A DNA stretch of 64,000 bases. Origin: Tricharina praecox (Eukaryota). The first letter of the stretch is position 1. The number at the start of each line of letters is the position of its first letter. The stretch spans positions 620,001-684,000 of the forward strand of contig NW_026250419.1 of NCBI RefSeq assembly GCF_024521635.1. Reading direction: 5' to 3'. Positions 25,341 to 39,278 of the stretch are shown here, piece after piece. The position numbers and the translations under genes were made by a program. The notes under the pieces were generated by a model, which worked only from the letters and a program-made list of their open reading frames with translations, did no database searches and was not told the origin of the DNA.

Positions 25341-28300
25341 GCTCGTCGGAGGAGGATGAGGAGGATGGACGAAGCAATTTGCGAGAATCGACCATCACTA
25401 CAGCCCGGCCGCCTGCCTAGCATGGGAATCGTTTTCTCGCCGATATGCCGTTTCGTTTCTTAGCTTCCTCGAGCTCGCCCCGATACCGGAGCCGCCGACA
25501 TTGCTGCCAGCTGTATCCGTTCCATCATCCTCGTCCTCCTCGTCGTCCTCGTCGTCCTCACCGTCCTCGTCCTCGTTTTGCATTTCCTTTTCATTGGAGT
25601 TTCCTATTTGCTGTTTTTTTCTTCTTCCCTAAGTATATTGCGAAACAGCCCGTCGCCGTGCTCTGTATTCCGTCGTCGTTATTTCTTAATGTCTTTTTTG
25701 TTTTGGGTTGAGTGTTTGCACGAGATTGGCGTAACTATAGGTGGTGGGGAAAGTATTAGTTCTACTGGGATCAGGGGGGTTTTGTGTTATTATTTTTGGT
25801 TTTCGGGTGCTTTTTCTTCCTTTTTGAGCGATCAGTTGCTGCTACTCTACTGTTGATGTCTTGTGTTTTTATTTGTTTATTTTTGGTTTACTTTTTTTTT
25901 TCGTTTTTCTTTTTTTTTCTTTTCTTTTCTGTGTGATGTATGAAGTACCTGTCCTGCTCTGCTCTGATTCTGATCTGCTCGCCGTTTGATCTGATTTCCT
26001 TTTTTTATATATTTATATTTTCCATGTTTTTTTGTCTTTCGCATATCGCGGCGCTGCTGCTGCACCGACCACCGGTACTGCTCTATATATATACGCCCGG
26101 CCCTGCATTTTATCTCCGCGCCGTTCGCCGTTCGCCGCTCTTCCCGTTCTGCATGTTTGTTTGTTTGTTTGTTTGTTTGTTTGTTCACGTTTGTTTGTTC
26201 ACGTTTGTGTTTTTGGTTGGTTTTGCTTTGTTTGGTTTTTTTCTCAGCATACATTGTTCTCAGCATACGCCTACATATCATACATGCACAAATAAATACA
26301 TCATATATATCATACATTATTTACACAAGCTACTTGGCTGGCGTTGGAGGTCTCAGGTCCGAGTGGGGAGTTTCGGGAGCCGGGGATCGGGATCTTCTGC
26401 TTCTCCGTGGTCAACGGTCGGCGGTCGGCGGCGACGGACGGTCCGAGAAATACCGGAACCTTACTTTACCTGTATGTACATACGTATTTTTGGTAGATAC
26501 TTCTTCTCAGCGAATAGTGACTTAGTTCAGCCAAACAGTTAGTTGTTCTGTGCCACACACACACACACACACACACTTGCCTTGATGACGATGCTGTAGG
26601 TCTAGAGGATCTTTATTTTATGCATCTCTACATAACTCATATATGTTTCGCATCCGCGATCTGTTCGGCGCTCGAGCGTTACTAGTTAGTACCGTAGGTA
26701 GTCGTGTGGAACCCAAACCTTTCCCCCACACTACGCAGTGCGGACTCGGTTTCTACTATGGCGAATAGCGATTTTTCTGAGAGCTGGAGCCGGAGCTGGA
26801 TCTGGAGCTGGATCTGGAGCCGGAGTTGTGACCGGCCCCAGTACAGCGCAGAGGTCCGGCCAAGTCCAAGCACAGGCTTTTGTTTTTCTTGTAAGTTGTA
26901 ATCAATGCAAACCGCACTTTGAAGCCTTCTGTCCTCTACGTCCGTTCGTTGGCTCCGGTCTGCAGGTTTGTGTATGTATAAACTTGTGTGGGTGTGGGTG
27001 TGAGTATGGTAGCTACGGTAGGTTCGGTATGGCATGGTATGGTAGGTATGGAAGATGGAAGGTATGGTACCTGCATAATACTAGCCCGAGGTGCCCCTCC
27101 CTCTCCCCCAAAAAAACTCCCCCCTCTCGCGCATTCCCGGTCATTTGACCTGTTGATCATTCTCCCCGTCCGTCCGCTCGTCCGTCGCTCACCATGTGGC
27201 GAGCGGAGAGGTTGTTGGGGGGGCTATCGAGATATACAGTTCACTCGTGACATGCATGGATACGGCCCGCGACTACATACATCGATATCTACTTCCGCCA
27301 TACGGTTGCTGGCGGAAGTGTCCCGATGCGAACCTTGGCATTCTCGGATCGAGCGCAGGAGCAATGCCATTGTGCTGTCTGTCAGCCGGCTAACCCGTGG
27401 AAGGTTTAGGTTCTGCGACCTGAAGTTCAAACTCAAGCTTTGCTACACTAGAGCTATATACCGTCCACAACCACAACCACCACAACCACGACCACGATAC
27501 CACGACCACGATACCACGACCACGATACCGCGACCACGATACCTACCTCCATCATGCAGCCAACGCCATCGCCGGCAGTTGTTTTGGCTGCACAACTTTT
27601 GACTTTTACTGACGTACTAGGTAGACGCACCTAGCACTACACCTACAGGATCCGTGAATCCCCGAGCCCAAATAACACGATCTCTGACGTCTTTTTAGTG
27701 ACCGTGCGGTATTCGAGTGCCTACCGTACCTCTGTATGCATGCATGCACTGCACTTCTGACTGGGGGCGCTAGTTAGTTAACTAGTACCATCGCCAACGC
27801 TCAACATCCATTTATCGAGAAGCCGGAGCTAATAGTTGACTAGAGTAACTACGGTAGTGCTGCTAGAAGCTAGAGTGGTAATCCCGCAGACGAATATTCC
27901 GAGCGAATTGTCGGCTTTTTGGTTACCACACATACGTCGAGTGCGTCAATCTGCCGGCGCTCACAGAAACCCGCTGGTCTCGGGAGATGTCGGTATCCCG
28001 CTATGGAACGAACGGCGATAGGGATTGGCCGGCGACAGCGAGGCAACTCGCCGACTTGGCCCTATTGGAGGCAGAGGCACAATGGCCGGATCTCCGAGCT
28101 CCTCCCGTGAGTCGTGCCCATCGCTTTGAGGCTTCCTGGCTCAGCGTTGTCGTCCTCGGTGAATGCTCTCCGTTACCGCCGCGATTAACTAGTGGTATGT
28201 AGTAGTTCCGGCCACTGTTTGCGCTCTGAACTCTGAACCTTCTTCGGTGCCGGCCTTTTAGGTCCATGCGCACGGTCCGGTTGATCTGATACCGGTAGTG

Positions 28301-30578
28301 CACTGTATCATATAATATCGAACAACAGCATCCGTTTGTCGCACGTGAACGGAGGCCACAATCGCCCCATCGTCCCATGGCGCAGTGGGTTTCCCGACGT
28401 TCGGTAGAATGATCTCGGCGGCAGCGGCGGAGCACGTACCGATTGCTACTACTTGAGTACATGGACTGACATCGGGTCGCACTGAGTGACTGCACCCTGT
28501 GTACACAGCCCAGGTCCAGGTTCAGGTTCAGGTTCAGGCCGTCGCCGGGGAGGCAGCTATAACTATCGCTATTATTTTTCGACGCCGTTTATAGACCACC
28601 ATCACCCCCGAGCCCCCAGCAGCCCCTCTCCCCTCTCCCCTCGCCCCTCAATGCCCCATCATCCATGAGCGCAAACGGGTACCTGCCTGACCATCGTTGC
28701 AATTTGTTTTGTTTCCCAGCCCCGCCGGCGGCCAGGCCACTGCCAGCCAGGTCAGGGATTCCACCACCCATTCATTGGACGAATTTAATTTCGTGGGCAT
28801 GATGTATGTATGATATGTATGCCTGCTGTGTCGTGCAGATGTCCCCTCCCCACTCCCTCCCCCACCCTCCGGCGTAGGCCCCCCTGCTCGCTTGCAGCAG
28901 CAGCAGCAGCAGCGAGCGCTCCTCGCGATTGTATGTAGGTATGTGGAGTATCTTCTCTGGCGCACCGCACTGGAGCTGTGGAAGGACGAAAACTTCCCCG
29001 CGTCCCCCGATCCCATCCCCCACCCGCGTGCGTTCTCCTCTTCGAGACGGGCACTGCAGCTGTCACGTACGATAAGTACATTCCTACATACTTAGCTGGC
29101 AGCCTCGTCCTCGACCGCAGTACATACATTAGGAGACATGTATGTACTCTAGAGTCTACATATGCCACCTATTTTTTCTTCGTCATCGTTTTTTGCGGGG
29201 GGGGGGGGGGACCCTGTATGACGTACATACCGTACATGACCGGCAGAGCTGCCGAAAAAGAACGAAGGAACGAAGGGAAGGGATAGGGATAGGGGATAGG
29301 GATAGGGACCTGGTACAGACTGGTATGTACAGGCTGGTAGGGACAGGCTGGTACTAACTACAGGGATCGGAGAATTTGTCGATGTGACACTTGGCTTGGC
29401 TGCTGGGGGACCTGCTGGATAAGTAATAAGTAGAGTAGAGTACTCTACATACGAATATGGGTGATATATACGGGGATGCCTTCAGCTCATGAAGCTCGGC
29501 ATGTCATGACCTGTCAGCGAACAACGCCGTGCTCGGAGTGTTCTCGCTGCCGAGTCTCGAGCTTACTGGCAACTGGCGACTGGTGAGTGGCTATGTACTC
29601 TACATACTGGCAACTGTCCCCGTCCGCTTGCCCTTTCCGCACTTGGCGACAGACCGGCGGTTGTGAGTTCTCCCAGATCGACCTTGATCATCGCTCACCG
29701 CGCGAGGCTGTGGTTACCATCCATCTTATTCTCTATCTTTCTTTCTCTATTAATCATACCTAAATCGATTCCACGTTGACCGACCAACTCACATATAGCA
29801 TCAGCTTTCTCGGCTCTGTACCACTGGCATTGGCATTGGCAATCTTTTCCCGAGCCGTGCCGTGCCGAGCGCATACGGCTTCTCTGGGTCTTCCACGGAC
29901 CTTCCGCGGCTTGATCCGCATGCCGTATGATCCGCTGTAGAAGCTCGGCCATCGCCGGTATGATAACAATCTTTCTCCAGAACTCGATATTTTTCGAGAC
30001 GAGTGTGCTCAACCTGTTGGTGTCCTACCGGTACGGTACCTACTCCCCTTGACTCTTGACCCTCGACTCTTGAGATCATGCCTTGCCTTACGATTGGCGC
30101 CGGGATCCGCGCAAGGCGAGGCAACGCACTGACCTGGGAACGGTATTCCGCCGCCGTCAAGCCTCTCGAGCCTTATCTATTCGTGGAACGGGACTACACG
30201 TTACAGCAGCAGTGAGCATTGAGCAGGCGATATCGATATCGGAGTGACCGTGAATACTGCAAGTACCATAGGCCGTAGGTAATACTAATCAACATACATA
30301 TCATACATACTCGAGGTGCTGTACGTCTCGGGTACCCAGTTAGGGCATCCACAGGAGTTCACAGAAGGATCTACTACCAACTACTCCTATCCATCCTATG
30401 ATGCCTACATACTTGATGGGATGATTCGTGTGAAGGCTCTCGGGACGAACTGGTTGTTTTTCTTCTCGATCGGCAATTCAATTCGCAGCTATTTGAGAAA
30501 TCGAATCTTGATATGTTGCACAGTATCTACTTTATGTACTCTCTCCATCGTACGATGCTGATCGTACATCTAGGGTTT

Positions 30579-30580
<2 letters not shown>

Positions 30581-30612
<32 letters not shown>

Positions 30613-30630
30613 TTTCTTTCTTTCCTTCTT
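30581..30630. repeat. (TTTC)n microsatellite
   Basis: Read directly. Confidence 0.9.
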
Positions 30631-31384
30631 CGTCTTTCCTTCAACGGCCCCAATGCCCCCATGCGTGGATATACAAGCTCTAGTATAGGTATAGGCATGG
30701 TATGTAGATACATGATAATAGTAGAAAATCCCGGTCTATAATACGGTACGAATCGAATCCAACACGCCCTCCCTCCCGGGAGAGTGCACAGTCACTGCAG
30801 TGCACACACCACACACCACACACCAATGCAACGGTTCACCGTTTGTCGGTCTGTACTGTATGTATGTTGGTCGGCAATAGCCAACCATTGCACTTGCTCA
30901 ATGTTCATGTCGCCTGCCTACCTCGCGTCCTTGCCTTACATACCGTACATACCGCACATACTACATACATTCATACATCGATCCGAACATCTCCCTTGTA
31001 TGTACGTGACGGGGTAGGGAGGGGGGGAATTGTATCTGCGAGTAAGCGCACGCCGCACGGAGACGGAGGTACTTTATTTCTTGGCTTTTTTTACTCTATT
31101 CTGTATTGTGTTCACCGTGTAAGACTGTAAGTACCTGAGTGTGTACTCTATTCCGCCTTCACCGTGCAAGAACCCGTGTACCCAAGTATACTTACCCGTA
31201 GCCGTGCCCGACCACCGCCTTGGGTGGGCAGGGCCGAGAGGAAAGAGAAAGAGAAAAAATACTTTGATACATACGAGCACAAGGCTAGGCAATTGAGTAG
31301 GCACCTAGCAGTCATCTCAGCAATTGCACGATACGATACGATACGTATCCCACAATCCCACAAGCGCACCGGTGACCGCACCAT

Positions 31385-31459
31385 CAGGCAACCTCCGTCC
31401 AGGCAACCTCCGCAAATCCAGGCAACCTCCGTCCAGGCAACCTCCGTCCAGGCAACCTC
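31385..31459. repeat. 15-bp minisatellite (CAGGCAACCTCCGTC) x ~5
   Basis: Read directly; one copy carries a short insertion. Confidence 0.85.
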
Positions 31460-32867
31460 TGCCTTCACCTTCACCTCCGAAATTCCAACGGTAGTTACCG
31501 TCCGTAACTTAGCGGTGATTGCGCAAAGGTAAAAGGTAAAATGACGAGCTTGAGCGTGCGTACACATTCGCGTGCACATGAGCATTGATGATGATGGCAC
31601 TCTATCCTAATCGTATGTATGTTACATATCGAGCGATAGTTGACAGTTAACTATCCCGGCGGAAATTGCGACTAGCAAACGCCCTTTAGTTACTATTTTG
31701 GCGCTTTGACGGTAACTACTAGTAGTGGACCTGGTGGTGCGGGGGGACGGGGGGACGGGGGACGGGGGGGCGTGACGAACGACTGACTGCCTAGTTCAGA
31801 CGAGTCGAGTGAGAGTGGTAGGTAACTGGTAAGTCGCAACGATGGTTTTGTTTTTTGTTTTTTTGGGAGGCAGCTTGCCAGGTACTCTACTATGCAGTAG
31901 GCCGATGTCGATTCTAGCCTGAGCTCCTGTTGAATGAATGATGAATCACCCCCCCCCCCCCCCCCCCCCCGACCGCCGCGCTTGATACGGTATCTCGGTC
32001 TGGCTCGGCATTGAGTACCTAGAGTACTCCACGCCCCTTCGATCTCCTCGGTATTTACATACTGCGACGACCATCTAGGTATCCCCAGACAGAGCACAAT
32101 AGAGTACATAGAGTATAGTAAACATGCCTACGGTAGGTACCTGAAATAGCCAACCCCTAGGGCAGGCCGGAGTACCTACCTAGAGTAAACAGTAAATACA
32201 AATCCCCAAAGTAAAGTACCGGTACTGTACGTACCCTCCGTTTCGTTTGCCTGCCACTCACTCAGCCACTCACTCACTCACAGCCCAACAAGACCCTGAA
32301 AATCAAATTTCAAAATCCCCGTTACTCCGGTTCTCGCTAAACCGCCCCTTCCCTCAATACGGCGACGCCTGTTGTTTGCTTTTTCTGTACCGTACCGTGG
32401 CTAGGTAGAGTACCTACGGCTACTATGGGTAGTTGCAGCCACGGGGCGTTTACCATACCCGGACCGTTAACGGAGATCGGCCGGTTGCTAAAGTAATGTC
32501 TAGAGTAGCGCTCCTCCGACCTTCAAAAATTCGCAACGGCCTTGTCCTCGTTCCGTATGGTTTTAGTTATTTGGCGGCGGGAAGGGGTGCGGGAAGGTGG
32601 TTTCGGATCGGAAGTCAGTCGCAACTAGTATCCTACGGACATAGAGCGACTTCTGCCATCCAGGTACTCTACCTATGCAGGTACATACCGCTAGTAGTTG
32701 AGGGGTTCATCTGATCTCCTACTCCTTGCTCCCGCCACCCGCGGCCGGCGGCTCGGACGCCGAGAAGTTAGAACCCTGCGGAGCGGCTGCTGTTTGTAGC
32801 TCTCCGCCCGTGCCGGGCCTTTCTCCCTTGAGACACGACTGATGTGACTGATGTTTGATGCCGTTGA

Positions 32868-33085
32868 ATTCGATTCGGTTCGGTTTCGCAAATTCGCAAA
32901 TTTGAATTCAAGGTTTGAGTTTTGAACTTTGTGGCATGGTGTGTACATGAGTACATAACCTACTCTTACAACATGTGCCGCCGGGGTTGGCTTCGATTCT
33001 GTTCGATTTCGGAAATTCGACTTCAAGTTTGAGCTTTGTGGTGTCATGTGCACATGAGTACTTACTTTTACTGCGCCGGGGTTGG
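32868..33085. repeat. Diverged direct duplication, 2 x ~95-120 bp
   Basis: Both copies run TTCGATTC...AAATTCG...TTCAAG...TTTGAG...CTTTGTGG...ACATGAGTAC...CGCCGGGGTTGG. Confidence 0.8.
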
Positions 33086-36000
33086 GGGGAGGAATCGTGT
33101 ATTCCCTGAGACCTCTGACTTGCTCCGGCGTACGCAAACGGTGATTTGGACCGACAGGGCCACCAAGGCTCGGTCGGGGACAGATGGCTGGTTGGCTGGC
33201 TAGCTGCGGGAATGGGCCGAGGGCGGCCGGGGAAGGGGCCGGGGCCTAAGTACCTACACTGCCACTCGATCTATGGAATACGGTAACGGTATTGACGATA
33301 CGACGGTATTCGAATTTCCTTCGGATACACACATACCATTGCCCATCGCGCCGTAGCGCCCCGGCAACCGTCCGCATCACATCAAATCAATGCCGGCCAC
33401 CCACCCGAATATACCGGTACCGGCGCAATCCCCGGCGTAATCACCGACGCCACCACCGGCCTCGGACTCGGTCTCGGTCTCGGCAACCAGCTCGGCCTCG
33501 GCAACCCTCCACCTCCTTCGGTACTCACCCGTAAATTTCGTATAAAGATTTCGTAATCTCTGTACATAGCTTCCGCACTTCCCGCGCGCAACTTTATTTC
33601 TGCACTCTATAGCCGCGGCGCTCCGTCTCCGATTCGATGCCATGTCAACAAACGGCGATATATCGGCTCGCGCGCCTACAATGTGCGAGATTTATACGGT
33701 ACCGGCGCTGAGGTGCGATGCGATGCGCCGATGTATGTGCAATGTGCAATATAATGTGCAATGTGCAACGTGCAATACCGAAGGTACTAGGTACTGGGTA
33801 CTGGGTAGGCAGTCGTCAATGTGTAATGCAATGTGCAATGTATAATTTTCAAATGTAATGGTAATGTGCAACTTGCAACTTAAGTGCAATGTAACCTAAT
33901 GACGGCATCCCGCGGGATCGCTGGATCACTCATGCAGATTCTATGGGTATATTGTTATGCGTATAGGTATATAAGTTTTTATGTAGGTATTTAGGTATGC
34001 AGAATATGTACGAATGACACGAGCCTCGGTTCCGTATCGCGGGGGCGTTTGCAAATTGCAATGTACTTCTCTACATACGCTCACCGCACTCCACTCCACT
34101 GCACTGCACTGCACGATCCATATCAACCGGTAACTAGCGGTACTCGAGATGTCCGTGTACCTACTACCTATAATCTAAGTGCCTAAATACTACATGTCAA
34201 CGAACGTAAACTGAGAAAATTCCATTGCCCAGTGACCCAGCCGATGCAGTCATCCATCTGACGTTGACGTTGACGTTGACGTTGACGTTGACGCGCGCAA
34301 GCCACTAACTAGAGCATCTGACAGCTCCCCCGTAGGCAGCATCGGTCGGTTGGGACACGTACGAGCCTCCGCCAGCCATCGATATGATATGATAGCGGAG
34401 CGGACGCCGGACATTCCTCTCCACCCAAACCGCTGGCTGGCTGGCTGGCATTGCTTGTGCATAAGTAGTATGTATAAAAGGTTAATGTTATGCTTAATCA
34501 CCCTCCCCCGCAGACGTCAGTGTCCAGCTAGATCGATATAGCGTAGCAGCCGTGGGGTAGAGTGGATTCCTACGACACCAGCATCGACCAGAGTCCAGAC
34601 TCCGGCGTGCGTACATACTTCGGACGAAATGGTGCATCTTGTGGATCTTGTGGATCTGGGCATCGATCGCATGTTTGCTTGCAGGTTGTGCAGGTTGTGT
34701 ATTGTACATACATGATACGAGTCGGTCGGTCGGTCCATGTCCATGTCCACGCCCATGTCACCATGTAGATGGCGTGACGCCGGTGCGTGCTGCTGGTTCT
34801 ACTGCTCTGCTTCGTCCCCGCGGCGGTGTTACGCTCGCTCATTATGGCTCATAGCGGGTTCTACTATAGCCGGCTATTTAGGTGGGTACTATAGCCATCG
34901 TACATACATACAGACAGATATACCATACCTACATACATTATACATCCCTACAAGCATATCATACATACATACACTGTACATAACTGGGCGTTTGTACGAT
35001 CGATGCTGATTACCACTGAATCCTGCCCAGTCTTGCCTCCCCGGAATTCACCACCGACGCTCACCGAACAGTCTGAACCGAACTGAGACATGTCCTCCGG
35101 CCTCAGCGATGGACCACCGAACCGTGTGGATGTAGATGCGGATGTGGTTGGAATTGTAATCATCCAGCGATCCTGCCCCCCTGCTCACTCACGCTGCGCA
35201 GTACACTGTATGTACAGTGGAGTTGGTAATCCGAAAAGAACACGCTCGCTCGCATCGCCACTACATGATTACTCATGCGGGTTGACCGGTGTTGGCCGGT
35301 AACGAGTCGTTGGCGGTGGACCGTTGGCCGTTGGTGGTGGTTGGCATACATAGCGATCAACGGCCGCCCCATCATCCTCCCTGCAGATCCTGCGGTGGAG
35401 CTTACTAGAGCCTGGAGGTGGCCTGCGGTTGGGCGGATTAGACGGGGGGCGGGGGGCGGGGGAGGGGATGACTGCGCACGAAGAGACGTTGCTGGCCTGG
35501 CATCCAGTACTCCCGGCCGCGGGAGCGAGCACTCCGCACCGCACTCCCTGGAGCTGTGCCCCAGCACCAACTACAGCACCCCACCTCATACCGCCATTCC
35601 GGTATGTACTAGGTAGTGGTCAATCACTCTACCCAGCATCGCTGTCGTGTGTATGTAAGCCGGTGGGCCCAGGTTCCTGGTTCATGTCAGCCGGATTTTG
35701 CGCACGGCCGTGCTACCACCATCTTCATACTTCATATGATATACCTACCTTGACTATAGTACACGAAACACCACCCCGCCCACCGGCCGCTGCTACTATT
35801 ACTCGGTAATTCAGTCCTGGTGCGGTGTCCTAAATTCCGATTCCGACTGGATCTCCCTGCCACCTCGGGCCCACCGCATGGATGGACTCGGTCAATGTTG
35901 CTATGTATACCCTTCATGGCCACCATAATATAACCACAAGCTCCGTTCCGCTCCACGGAGATCGATATGTGGTCTCGGTTCGGTGGTCTCGGTTCGATGT

Positions 36001-38220
36001 CTCGGTTCGGAGGGGGGAGGGGGGGGCTTACTACACAGTGCAAGTTACTTAGGTTGGCTGGATATAGGCGAAATACGAGGACATGCGTGCAGTGAGACAT
36101 GAGATGTATAGTACTACCAGAGGCACAGGGTTGTCCCCGGGTTCCCCTTATGCCAACTACATACAAACTACCAACCGCCAACTAGCGGAGAGCGAGAGGA
36201 AGTGAGAGATGTGATTGACCACCACCGCCGCCGACAGACGGCCGAAGCGAGCTGCTAGCAGGCGCGTATGGACTGTGGAGGAGAGATGTGGCTGAAGCGG
36301 CGGTTCGGTCCGCGGGGGACAGGGCAACAATGTAGTACTGTGAGAAGTAGGCCACGGTTGTGCTTTTCTCCAGCCCATGCCATGCCCGGTCGGTCAGTCC
36401 ATGGATGCTCTGCACCACCGTTACATACCGGTACATACTCGCACGACCGCCTGCGAGGTATATCCCCAATCCCCACGGCGGGAAAGGGAGACTAGAAGGG
36501 AAACTAGAGGGGACGGATGGGTGGATGAACGGCTGGATGAGGACGAGGCTTCCTCTGCTTCCTCCTTTTCCTCAGCAAGCCACACTCTGTTCCCAGCTCG
36601 CCTGAACGCCTGTGGCACCTTACGCGTTGAGTGGTGCACTCCTCTCCGCGCGCCTTCCCGGGATAGCAAAAAAGCACCAGTTCGAGTTACCGTACACACG
36701 TTTCCGGTGGACGCTGGGATGAGTAGATAGATAGATACCCGAACCAGACGTCTCGCGCACATACCCCTCCCCCGGATCGAAGAAAGACGATCCAAGTGTT
36801 TTCCCTGAGTAGAAGCTGGAAAAGAAAAGAAAAGAAAGAAGAAAGAAGAAAAAACGCCAACGACGCCAGCAACGACGCCAACAGTATCTAACTAGCAGCA
36901 GCAACAAGCGCGGCAGACGCCTCCACTTCCGACCTCACTTCATGTCCTCCGATAGGCCAACATTCTTGCCGCGGAAGTGGTTCGTGCCCCGACAAGACAA
37001 GACAAGACAAGACAAGACGAGACGAGACACGACGAGACGTGCAGCACGTGCCCTCGCCCCTCTCCCCTCTCTCTCCATAGCCCGACGAACCTTCCGCCCC
37101 GCCGGCCCCGTGGACGCATATTTCCTCTACGCACCTATATAGCACCTCGACCCGACTTATTATTCATGCTGTACCTCACACACATACACATCCCACCTAT
37201 GCGTATTGTACATAATATCTCGCTTGTCACTCGTCTCGGCCCTCCAGGGGCCCTCCCCCGGCTAGCCAATCCATCCCAGTGATTCGCGGACCGAATTGCA
37301 CTTTCCGACTCACATCTGCACGCTTCTCGGCCCCCAAGCGCTGGTCGGGTGGTCGGGTGGTCGTTAGTTAGTCAAGGACAGGAGTCGTTCGCCCTATGCC
37401 TCCAGATTTCGAACCCGGCCGATGCAGCCCAGGTAACAACAACTCAACGAGCGAGGGAGGGAGCGAGGGAGGGAGGGGGGGGGATCCCTCGGCGGAACTG
37501 CGCGCGTTGGGGGTGCGCTCCGCCCCGCCCCCCGCACCCGCAAGAAATCGAAGTGAACGAAGAGAAGAGAAGAGAATACGAGATGCGAGATGCGAGGGAG
37601 AGGCGGCGGTGGTGGCGGCGGAGGCGGGATCCGGGAATGATCGATCTGAAATGCTCCCGATCTGTGGCTGTAGCCGAAGTGGGGCGGGGGGAGGGGGAAG
37701 AGGGGAGGCGGGGGGCAAAGACGGTCTCGTCTCTGGCTCTGGCTCTGGCTCTGGATCCGTCCACCACATCTCTCTCGGTGGCAAGAGATTTCCCCTTTCC
37801 CTCTCACTCGCGAATCCGACGCTTTGGCTACGATCCCCATCAGATTTCGAGAATGTGATGGAGGGGGGAGGACACCCCAACCACCTACCTCGATCCCACC
37901 TAACTCCTACCTCCTACCTACCTCCTATCTCCTAACTCCTACCCTCCCACCTACCTACCGCACTCGCATCTATGTGTGTACGAGATCCGCTAACGCTGTG
38001 TCTGTGTCTGTGTCGAACCAGCATGCTGACGGTGCATTTCTACCGATTCGCATGCGCACTTGAGAAGCTGAGTCTGATGCTGGCTGGCTGGCTGGCTGGC
38101 TGGCAGTGTCACGATGGCCTGCGTGTGTGCGTGTGTGTTATGTTTTGCGCACGTGTTTGTGTATGTGGGACGTGTGGGACGTGTGTGTCAGTGCGATGTG
38201 AGGCTAGCTTTTGGAGGCAC

Positions 38221-38267
38221 GGGGGACGGGGGACGGGGGACGGGGGACGGGGGACGGGGGACGGGGA
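38221..38267. repeat. (GGGGGAC)n G-tract repeat, potential G-quadruplex; a shorter copy lies at 31741-31770
   Basis: Read directly; about six units here. Confidence 0.85.
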
Positions 38268-39278
38268 GACTCCATTCTGTGATATGATATGATATGATTT
38301 CGCACTCAGCTGTCGATAGCGGAGTAAGAATAATCCTCACGTCGGCGAACTTGGCCCGAATCAACGGACGGGGCCCGTGTGGGGGGAGGGAGGTGGTGAG
38401 ACGTTGGATCCAACAATCAGGTAGCTGGGGCGTAGGTACTCTAGTTACATAAGTTGGTTAGAGACGGCCGCCCCGCTGGTATTGGCCCACACTTTGGTAA
38501 GGTAAGAAGGTAAGGCAATAGCTGGGCTACAGTATAGTTCAGTCCATCACAAGGGACAGATGACACTAGACACCAGATTCCTGCTAGAAATGACATCGCT
38601 TAACTACCAGATTCGAGCTAGATACTGTACCGGTACATAGCTTGATAGCTCGATAGCGCATTGGGGGGAGAGAGAGACATTGCGTCTGAACAGCAGCTGC
38701 GAGGTAGTAGTCTAGCCGGTTAGTTAGTGGCCGGTATTCATCTCGCTCCCCACCACCACCACCACCCGTCTTCCGGGCTTACATCCTGTGAGATGATACG
38801 ATACGATGGGGCTACTGTAGAGTACTCTACGTGCATCAAGATAGCGCATTTCGCATTTCGCATTTCGCATTTGGGTGGAGGGCAAAATTCAATGGGGATC
38901 TATGAGACATAATTTCCCGTGCATCCACTCGCCATCGCACCCCCCTTCTGCCCCCCGATCAAGATCACGATCACGGTTACGATCACGATCAAGATCACAA
39001 GCCAACTGTGGAGGGATAGCACAGTAGTTAGCTCGGTACTTTACAGGGTAGGCGGGTTTGGGAATACAGGAATTGTAAAACTGTTGGGGGGAATACAAGG
39101 TGTGTGTGTACATGAATGACGGCGGGAAAAGAAATAATAGACAGGAAAAAAAGAATGAAATGTTGCATCTATGGGGGAATGGGGGAGAAAGCAGACGTGG
39201 CAGGCAGAGCAACCGAACGGAACAGGCATATCACAGTGTCTCACTCGTCCCCAGTGCGCGGTGCGCCAGTGATCCTGC

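Noticed and set aside
25877..26542. ORFs of 120-200 aa, hydrophobic on + and Lys/Gln-rich on -
   Set aside because: Produced by T-rich and (TGTT)n repeats, most likely the 3' flank of the Cys4 gene; not credible membrane proteins.
37395..37430. GGTTCGAAATC (- strand) resembling a tRNA T-loop
   Set aside because: No cloverleaf could be built around it.
37349..37935. Overlapping 150-180 aa ORFs on both strands
   Set aside because: G-rich, repeat-derived open frames with no protein-like signal.
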